Positions 53,661-64,000 of a stretch of DNA of 64,000 nt are shown here, piece by piece (position 1 is the first letter of the stretch; each line of letters starts with the position of its first letter). The notes under the pieces are model-generated. The model was not told the DNA's origin. It ran no database searches and was given only the letters and a program-made list of their open reading frames with translations. The DNA lies in contig NOWV01000220.1 of assembly GCA_003344405.1 (NCBI GenBank), positions 1 to 64,000 of the forward strand, given 5' to 3'. This stretch comes from Trichoplax sp. H2. Its lineage: Eukaryota. A program made the position numbers and the translations under genes.

Positions 53661-56600
53661 ATATTCTTGAATCAGCCATCGAGTGCCCTATCTACCTCCA
53701 TTAACTTGCTAATCCAGGATACTACTAGTTGATTTTCTAGCTGAAGAGATTGGTCCCACATGGAGTTATTTCTTAATTTTTATTGTACTAAGTAAAACGT
53801 AACAAATAGCTAATGCACAATAAATCTGTCCTACTTGTTGCCAATGGATAATGACATTGTCCTTAAGTGAATGAGCAGATTGGGCAAAGTAGAAGTGTAT
53901 TGGATTTCAATTCTTATTATTGTTATACTGTAGCAGTACGCAAACAAGCATACTGATCAAGATAATAGTCAGTGTAATTACGTAATATCATGATACCATG
54001 ATCTCGCTATCCTAAGTAGATCCTCGTTAGATTTATATGTTGCCAATTTAGGATGTGAATACAATAATTAAATGCTCATACCAACACTAAAATCGATATT
54101 TATTGTGTTCTGATGGAATATGCAGCTATTCCGTCACATCGCATTTAGAGCCTATATTTACTGGTGGCACTCTCCAGGTATGCAAGCTTGGAACAAATTC
54201 GATTTTACCTTAGCCTTTTCCTCTCTACCAGTGCCTTACACTAGTATTGTTGCGTAGAATAGAATTGTTATATGCCTATAACTTATGACTGAGCTATCGC
54301 TCATTTCCTGCGTAGTTTTCCTCGTCTGCACAACATATCTTTTGTACCTTTGGCACCAAAGTCCAGGTGGTCGACATAAAAACTGGAGCAGTAACGACAT
54401 CATTTGATGAGGTAAGGGCCTTATAAATTTACATAAAAAATATTGAAATTTAAATCTTGGCTGCTACTTGAAAGTCATAATAGTTACCATCCTTTAATTT
54501 ATGAACTATGTAAATCGTTCCTTTTCAAATAGGATGAAGATATCATAACCTGTTTAGCTGTTACTCCTGATGATAAGGTCGTTGATAGTATTGGATAAGA
54601 TCTTAGCTTCGATGTTTCATTATAGTAATTACAAATCTATCTATTAATAGCGTTAGAAATCCATCTGCTTATGTTATATGACTACTTTTACATATATTAT
54701 AGTGGCTGTTAACATGCAGCCAAAATTTATTACTTCGACAATGGAATTGGCAGGAAAAGTCTTGTACTCGTGCTTGGAAGGTACTAATGTGTTGATCTAG
54801 AACACTTTATTTTTGAAGCTGATTAACGTATCATCGTAAATTCACTTTCTATAGTCCGCACACGTAGGACCTGTGGTAGCCATGGAATTTGATGCTTCGT
54901 CGACACTACTAGCAACAGGTAATTAAATGACACAGCTAAAAAGCCTTACCAACGTACACCAGTGTGACTTGCACTCATTCTCGTAATTTATATCATCTCA
55001 AATTGTAGGATCCAGCGATAGCACTATAAAAATTTGGGATATCAGTAGTAATTACTATACTCATAACCTTAAAGGATCTCAAGGAGTTGTAAAGTAAGAT
55101 GCAATACATCAAGTGAAGGAGAAGATAAGAGCTATGTCAATAATCTTGTTTATATTAATTCCTGAATTATAATCTGTTAATACAAGCACAATAAGCTTTC
55201 ATCCCGATCCTGCAATCCTACATTTATTTTCTGCTGCGGATGACTATAAAATTAGGCAGTGGGATTTGAAATCGAGCAAGTTCGTATATCATGACTTTGT
55301 TAGAATTTTCAGGTGTAATCAATTGTCAATTCAGTGACACTCATACTGTATTTCATTACTGTCATACTTTATTAGATGTATTCGTATCTTTGAAGGCCAT
55401 TACAGTTCTATATCAAGTTTAGCTTTTAGCCACGATGGTAAAACACTTTTAAGGTATTCACGATATCAGTAACAATATTGTACATAGCATGAATTCGCGA
55501 TGCAAACACTCGATTCTAATACATGTTTTTATACCAAATATTCCACAGTGGTGGAAGAGATAATGTCGTCAATTTATGGGATATAGCTTCTAAAAGCCTA
55601 CTTAAGACCATTCCAACATTCGAAGTTAGACGAATAATAAATAAAATGCATGTTATTGACTCATGAACGCTAACAATCACCATTGTTAACTTTCGAACTG
55701 ATAGATTGTTGAATCGGTCGTAGTCCTTCCGTCAGACATAAATTTTCCTGGCAAAGAAAGCAATAATTCTATGCATTATATAACCGTTGGCAATAAAGGT
55801 AATGTCAGCCTAATTTACACTTTTTATTAAAATTAATTATGTAATAAATATTATGAAGTAACAACGTATTCTTTCTTATTGTTCTTGTGATACCATGTAG
55901 GTGTAATTCGCATCTGGAGGGCTAATGATAGTCGATGTGTTCATCAATTATCTCCATCGAACTTTTCAAATTCCGAATTGGCTGCTTTCACTCAGATATC
56001 ATATCTGAAACCGACTAATTCATTGGCTTTAGTTACATTTGATCATAATGTGATGATTTACGATGTAGAAGACCTAAAATTAAAGAAACTGGTAATTTCT
56101 ATGATTTTGCTTTTAAATTTCGATGTGCTTTTTATTTATTTATGAATTTTTTTATTGAAACACCAGTTAATAGGCCATAATGACGAAATAGTGGACGCAA
56201 GTTTTGTGTGTAAAGACGATAGTCATATAGTGGTTGCAACAAATAGTCCCGATCTACGAATATTTCAGCATGCTACCATGAGTTGTCAAATGCTATTTGG
56301 TCATACAGGTATTAAAGTTATGTTTTGATGGTAACCATTTTGACTACAATAACCAATTAAAATTTTGTTTTGACTTAGATACAATACTGTCCCTGGACGT
56401 ATCGTATGATAGACAACTGATCGCTACATCTTCTAAAGTATTTATCATAGCGTAATTTTGTTTTTGGGAGTTTACGGATAAGTTAATTCGCATGTCTAAC
56501 CATTCAATATGTTGACAGGATCATACAATAAGAGTTTGGAAGGCGTTTCATGACTCTTTTCGATGTGTTGCAGTTGCTTCTGGCCATACTTCCGCAGTAC

Positions 56601-59569
56601 CTGCAGTTGCCTTTTCAAGGTTGGTGTCAAATTGTTTGAGCTTTTTTATTGCAGCATTTTGTAGAAGTTGCCCTTCACTAACGTGGTATGAACATCATGC
56701 AGACGTAGCGATACGTTCATTGTCAGTGGAAGTAATGATTATACTATGAAAGTTTGGACTTTACCTGCTAGTTTCGATGAGGTATGGTTTAAGTTTTACA
56801 AATTAGTTAAATACCGTATGTACTATTGTACTGTTGTTTTTTTATACGTATGTAATCATAGAAATCTTTGTGATTAATGCAACTAATATCGACGACCGAA
56901 TTCATTTCTAGGAGAATGTACAGTCTTTAACAGCTACTGTAACAGAAATAAGCCATAAGAAGGTAAGCTCTCGATTTTGCAAAGTGATAGTGATGTAGCT
57001 GTTACCATTTAGTTAGTAGATCGAAGATAGATATTCTGAAATAACTACCAAAATTAGCATGCAATTTTATCTTGTTTGCAATTTTTAATACTATATTAAA
57101 ATGCTGTTAAGGATATTAACTCCATTGATGTATCACCAAACGATAAGCTAATTGCCACAGCATCTCAAGACAAAACTGCAAAAGTAAGGTTATATAGTCA
57201 ATTACACCTCGTATGACTGATAGCCTTCCTTACTATCCTACTTATTGACATTGTTTAACATAGGTATGGCTCGTTTCTGATGGATCACTGCTGGGAAGTT
57301 GTGTCGGTCACAAACGAGGGTTGTGGTCTGTACAATTTTCTCCCATAGATCAGGTAATTGATGCGACCCGTTCGTTAACGTTAACAGCATATTCAGCTTT
57401 TTTATGTGCTTACTATTGTATTTATTCGCCTTTAGTGTATCGCAACGTGTTCAAGCGATTCTAACATTAAGATTTGGTCTGTTATCGACTTTACTTGTGT
57501 CAAGGTTATTCTTTCATTCAGTACTTCATTTGCCTTACACGTAACTTAATGCGTACGTCATAGGAAACCTAATTCATGAGATGTTGTAAATTGTAGACTT
57601 TTGAAGGCCATTCTAACTCTGTACTTAAAGTAAGCTTTGTAACTCGGGGGATGCAGCTGTTGTCAAGGTATAGACTAGTCAATAACATTGATAAGTTAAG
57701 ATTGGCAGTATTTTAAACAGTCAATACTATCGCTACGATGATTGAACGGTTTTTAATTTTTAATGTCTTTGGTTGAACTATGTAATCAAGTGACTCTGAT
57801 GGGTTAATTAAGTTATGGACAATTAAAAGCAATGAATGTGAAAATACTTTTGATCATCACACAGATAAGGTAATTCACTACAATGCTATATCCAAGATGG
57901 CATTTTTTTTACTACCGTTGTTATTTAATTTTAATTCTCTGTATTAAATTTATAAAGCATAAACATTAATAAATCTATTGTGGAATTTTTATTGGCTGTC
58001 ACTAGGTATGGGCTATAAAGCCTAACTCTACGGAAGAATACTTTGTATCTGGCGGTGCTGATTCAAGTTTAGCTATATGGAAGGTGATAAAACGGTAGCA
58101 GATCATGAAATGAAATGCTGTCCTTATGTATTAAATTTACTAATTTTAAAGGATATGACCGCTATTGAAAGAGAAAAGAAAATTGCTGAGGAAGAGGAAT
58201 TAATAGCAAAGTATAGCTTAGACGCCTTTTGTTGTGTTCATGCATATATAGTAGTATCCTTTATAAAATTTACATTATTGCTATCTTAGGGAGCAAGAAT
58301 TATCAAATCTTTTGCATGCTAAGAAATTTACAGAAGCTCTCAATATGGCTATTGGTTTAGAAAAACCCTTCCTAACCTTGACAGTTGTCAAAAGTAGGTG
58401 GAAGTAGATGCAATCTTGAAACCTATTAGAAGAATATGAAATGTTTAAGATTTAATTTTATTTTATATCTCAGCTATTCTCGATCAACCGGACGGTCTGG
58501 AAAGTATCGATAACGTTATTCAAAAATTAGATAAGAAGCACGTAAATACAATATTCCAGTATTTGTCGACTTGGAATACTAATGCTAAGCATTCAAGGGC
58601 TGCTCAAATTGGTTAGTTTGTCTCTCCTTCATCATAAATGCCAAAATGTTCCTTCATTGACGGTAACTAATGTTATCCTTATTATTTCATTTTATTATTT
58701 AGTTTTATCTATAATTCTTAAGAATACGATACCTGAGGATTTAATTAAAATGCCAAGCATGCAGACCACTTTAGAAGCGCTTATACCATATACAGGTAAT
58801 TCAACGAACGGCATCGAATTTAGAGTGTACTGCTATTTGCTATATCTTATTACGAGTATAATACTAAGAATTTTCTCAAATTGATAGAACGTCATTATCA
58901 AAGGCTCGAGCGACTGTTAGAGGTAATCTTCGTTATCGTAGTAGCTAACCTGGTGTATTTTAGTATGCATAAAATTAAATTTTATCTTTGCGTTTTGATT
59001 TCTGTAGCAAAGCTATTTCATAGAATATACCTTACAGTGTATGAATTCAGCAACATTTTCACTTACTAACGGGTAGGGAAATATATGATAGTGCAGTTTA
59101 AACAAGCTGTACAAAAGTTTAGGTTCATATTTTTTTCCACCTTGTATGTAAATCGTTTTATTATCGATCGTATTAGTAATGATATCACGAAAATGGAAGT
59201 CACTGATCTTACAGTCAAGGAAATACCAGAAAATAAGTTAACTGAAACACTCGAGAATGGTGCAAGTGATACTGTAGATGCGAATACAGCTACATTGGAC
59301 GCAATGGAAAGTTTGAAAAATGACGCTTCGGATACCGTTCTAACTAGTAAAAGACAGCCTACTACTGTGAATGTAAGTCATCTAATATTACGGTGCTATT
59401 GCTCAAAAGTAAATCTTCAGTTATAAAGCACAGGCAAGTAATGTTCACTGTTATATCAACGAAGGGAAATTACGATGGGAAGAATGATGAAACAATTAAG
59501 CAAAAGAGGAAATCCCGCGACGTAAAGGGACGAAGCAAAAAGAAAAAGGCCACGATTGCAAATATTTAA
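52797..59569 (+). CDS. TBL3: transducin beta-like 3 / UTP13, WD40 SSU-processome protein (~31 exons)
   Basis: MAASAASVQLLKKD|YSVTSHLEPIFTGG, LLRQWNW, HVGPVVAMEFDASSTLLATGSSDSTIKIWD, THNLKGSQGVV, FHPDP, IGHNDEIVD, AHKKDINSIDVSPNDKLIATASQDKTAK, GHKRGLWSVQFSP, EQELSNLL, WNTNAKHS, LEALIPYTERHYQRL; last exon 59465-59569 inferred. Confidence 0.93.
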
Positions 59570-60131
59570 CCCGATCTGTAATCAGTTAGTGAGCGTTTGC
59601 ACTTTCATCATAATGGTGCTGCTCAGCAATGAGCGAATGATGTATACTAGGCAATTGAATTCGTAGCTGTTATTTTAAATGTACATATAATTTTTTTGGA
59701 AATCATATTTTGAATTGACAGATACTGTTTTATTAGTATCAGATATGGTATCAAATTTAAGAGGTTATCTTGTATCTCCGGTATATTCTTTCAAGCAGAT
59801 GTTAATAATTTCGACACTATGAAAAGAGGTAAAACCAAATTTTACTTGCATGCATAGTTTTTAGTGTTTATACATCACACCCTCATCTATTACTACGGAA
59901 GCCAGAATAAAATGAATAACGATCTACGCGAAATGTGAAGTTTGTTTGTTTGTCATATATCATGCATAAATGAAAAGTGATAAGATCTGAATTTTTAATA
60001 TCCAAGTTGATGATATAATAAAAAGTTATGAAATGCATATTTACATAATAGTTTTCATAATTATCCATCAAGGTTTTTGTCTGTATCATGAAACTATAAA
60101 TGCTGATACAGATATGACAATATCTGCAATT

Positions 60132-63100
60132 TTACGATATCCCAAAATGTACAATAGAACTTGCTTGTGGTTTCTAGTAGCAGGTAAAAGAAAGCAACAA
60201 TATAAGAATAATTTTAAAGCAATGTCTATTGGTATTCTAATTGAAATCTGACTCGAGAACGTTTCAAGAACGTAAAAGCTATATTGAGTACATATAAACT
60301 GTCGAATTGCATTAAGGCAGTTTCTGTCACGTACCATTTGATCGGGAATTTCTGAAATGCATGATATAAGTTATATGAGTTAGTGATGCTCAATTATAAT
60401 TATTCAAATTCCTACTGTACATTTTAAAATATCCCAGAGCAAATAAGAATGCTAAAGTCATAGATAAATTTGCTATCACTTTACTAACCTCCATCCCTTA
60501 TTCGTTTAGCTTCTGCATTCAATAGTTCAAAGTTTCGCGATGTGTCTTCGGTGACTGCATCAGAATTATCCACGTTTTCTATAATGGAGAATATTCTGTT
60601 TAAGCACGAAAGCATTTACGCCTTAAAAGTGATAAGTTAGAATTTTAACAAGTTATAGAATAACCGTCGCTTAAAATTCTAGAATTGATTTCGTCTGCTT
60701 TAGCTTTCGCTGCATAAGCCAGTGTTAATTCATTGTAATCCATAGCTACGTAGTACAGATCCTATGAAGATATATATTCTTTTACTTTTAGCTTGATTAG
60801 CCTTTTATCGTCATAAAAAAGCATTAACTATAAGCTTTTTTGATTAGAATTCTGTCTTTGCTATATATCTTTACGCAATTACAGAAATTACTGTCAATAC
60901 AAATTGCCACCAATAACTGTAGTAGTGCTTACCATAAATAATTCTCTGTTTTCTAACCGATCGGCTACGTAGAACGCTTTTTCAAAACTTTTTCGTCTAA
61001 CAGTAGATCGGCGTTAATGGTATTGTTAAAGGATTTGATAGAGCTTAATGTTCCAATAGTAATTATTATATTAAATTTAATTTATTTAGTTTAAAATGAA
61101 TAGTACCTAATAAAATTGTCGAATAAGCGTTGTAGTAGTCCTTCTACAATTTGTTTAAATTCGTCAGCAATTTTTACATGTAAAGTTTGCTTTGGATTAT
61201 AAAAGGTACCGATTGCGCTGTCAATTAGTACTATAAAATAATTTAGGATAATTATATCAGCTTTATCAAATATTGAGAAATAGATACCATAATTAAAGTT
61301 TATAATACAGTAATTATGAAATAAACTAGAAACAGATTTTAAGTGAATATCCTTACATTCACTGTCTTCGTCCAAATCGTTCTTAAATATCTCATTACAG
61401 ATAGCCATCAAACATGAAAAGCATATGTGACCTTCTCTATTCCAGTCAAGATTGGATAATATGCTGACGGCCTATAACGGTGTATTTATATATTTAGAAA
61501 GAAATTATTACAATAATTGCATCTATAAGTTATAGTGTAATCCAATTTTTTCTTAAATGCAAGCCGTTAGATAAATACCTCTTCATATTGATTTTGTTTT
61601 AGATACTCATTTGTAATTTCGATAGGTCCTAGACGTCCATTATTAAAAACCCCAATTTCTAGCCGTAAAATGGCAATTGGTCCTCTATTAACAAATATTT
61701 TACATATAAAAGTTAAAATTGCGTAGCTTTAATGACAGGATTATATTTAGGAGAATCGAACTGGGTAAAATTATGAGAATTATACTTTGATAGAACAAGA
61801 GCAATATCAATGTAAGATTTAAAACGCTCATTTCCTTGACCAAGTAAACTTGTATCTGGTGACCATGTAACGGATACAAGATGGACTGGAGGCCTATTGA
61901 ACACAGTAGCCGATAGCAAACAATTTAGTCGCCATAATACACATTTAAAATAAAAGCATCGGCAAGTGCCCTTAAATTTAAGCCAGTCTTAGTGAGATTG
62001 TTATCAGTTAACTTAATTCAAGTTGACTTACACCAAATACTTAGCAAGATCTAAATGATTCAGTTTCATTGGTTCCTCAGTTAACATATGAATTGGAAAT
62101 TCGGATAGGGCTATATCGAATAGCTAAAAAATAACTGATGTTAGCGAATAGATCAAAGTATATAATTGCTGTTCATTAATAATATAGTACAGTAATTATA
62201 TTAGGCTCTACAGCAGAGGTTAAGTTTATTTGTAATATTATAAATGGAGTATGGTGATGATTAAGATAGATTTGTAGAATTTGATTAGAAATATTTATGA
62301 TCGATTCTTATATTTTTTTAACCATTAATTGCCACTATAAATTTTATACGCATAAGTCAAAGTAAAGCAAATATTATATTTGAAATCAAGCTATTTCCAA
62401 ATAGTTACAGCAATCCACAATATGGCACATAGGCAACTTTTCTACTAAGAAGGATCAAGCAGATAAAGCTGAATTATCATAGTATAAATTGACAATTAAC
62501 TCGTATGTAAACCTGAAAATCGCCGGCATCATTGGCCACTATAAAAATTATATCGTCCCAGTGCCACTGGATATAAATTGGATGATCCTTATAATTTAAT
62601 CGTAAATTTTTCAATATGGCATTTTAATCGTTATAAAATAGCATGTTATAAGCCTTAGAGTAGGTCTATAAGTCTATTTTGGAATTATCTCAGATATAAC
62701 CTTACCACAGCAGATTTTGTTGCCGATTTGCTTTCACAATTTTCATCATAACATACCTGTAACAAGTTCGTTAGAAAAACTTTTCATTATATGCTGAAAT
62801 TTAATATCATATAATATTGCATAAATAAGTAAATCTTACGATAGTTCCGTCATTACAACCAATAATAAATTTGTCTTCTGCATGATTGGGTTGACAGCAA
62901 GTAACAAAACCTATATAAGAATTGTTAAAATATGCTTGCCCAGGATGGTACTCACAGTAATCTAATATAATATTTGATAAACGTGCATTACCGGGAACAG
63001 AAATTTTATTTGAGACTGAAAAATTTTCCTAGAATAAGATTTAGATTCGAGACAGATAAATTGATCAATATTAAATGAAGGATAATTCATACATTTTCCC

Positions 63101-64000
63101 TATCCTAGGTAATATATCTTACCTCGTCCTTACTAAGGTCATTTATATGTCGTTCTATAATATTTTCATCAGCTTGTGTTTCCATTGTGATAAATTGATC
63201 AAATTTTACAGCACTAAATTAGAATATTCCTTCGTCAGATTATTTATCAAGTCAAACATGAATTCGATGCGTAATACTAAGCATGTAATTTCATCCTTTA
63301 AAAACATAAAACTAAAACAATAAGATTTATGGATATAAAAATACGGAATCGCTAGCTAACATACCTAAAATATACACTCAGAGGATTACCAATAGTTCGA
63401 TACGTACGAGTAATTTGTATCGGAGGCTGAGAAGATCTGATTAAGAGTTATATGTTCTCTTGATCAGTTCCATTGTAAAATATTTATGTAATGAATAGTG
63501 CTAACATTACAATCTATTGTACCTATTAATGGAGCCTGCAATTATGTTCTCTTGATGTGTGGTAACATCGTTATGAGCTCGAGAATTATAGTCGGGAGAT
63601 GGCCACCATACTATAAACTATTTGATAAAATCCATCACAAATACATTTTTAACATTAAGGAGTTTATTATATCTAAGTTTCTTACAAACTAGCGTATAGT
63701 ATTGGAAATAAGATGCTTATTATGCCTTTGTTAGAATTACCCGGTCTTTAGTCACATTCACAGATAGTTTGGGTTTTACTCCGGCTGGTTTTCCCGGATT
63801 ATAATCTTGAGATAGGAATTGGCACTTGAGAAAATTGGATTAGACGAATGTATAACATATGTGTTATTTATAACGAACGACTAATGTACAAAATGATATT
63901 AATCTATGTCAATCAAGTTAATTGAGTATGAGTTAATGCTTTTATTACCTTGGGATCAAATGCTGATAATTTTTCAAGTTTTTTCATCTCAGTTACACAC
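60132..64000 (-). CDS. WDPCP: WD repeat-containing planar cell polarity effector (Fritz), 3' part; 5' end lies beyond the window
   Basis: Spliced peptides LEKLSAFDPK, LFDIALSEFPI, DWNREGHICFSCLMAICN, AIGTFYNP, SFEKAFYVADRLENRELFM|DLYYVAMDYNELTLAYAAKAKA. Terminal exon 60173-60132 KPQASSIVHFGIS* matches the recalled C-terminal HFG motif. Confidence 0.85.

Overview
AT-rich eukaryotic (animal) genomic DNA with mostly short (~70-150 nt) GT-AG introns. This fits a compact early-branching metazoan genome such as a placozoan, but the organism is an inference. Positions 1-21.9 kb contain no recognisable gene and one 20-N gap. From 21.9 kb to 64 kb there are eight spliced genes in strictly alternating orientation, reconstructed by hand: a PDZ + 3xSH3 SORBS/CAP-like adaptor (+), renalase (-), FBXL15-like (+), DAPP1/Bam32-like (-), METAP1 (+), an ELOVL elongase (-), TBL3/UTP13 (+) and the 3' part of WDPCP/Fritz (-). 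The most notable observations are: (1) a PDLIM/Enigma-type PDZ spliced in frame to a SORBS-type triple-SH3 tail, two families that are separate neighbouring genes in vertebrates; (2) a tandem triplication of the TBL3 first coding exon with all three copies intact; (3) dense TACAGTA/TACTGTA motif clusters at gene 5' ends; (4) gene linkage recalling human 10q23-24 and 4q23. No tRNA, rRNA, CRISPR array or intact transposon was recognised. Homology statements come from recalled family motifs, not database searches.
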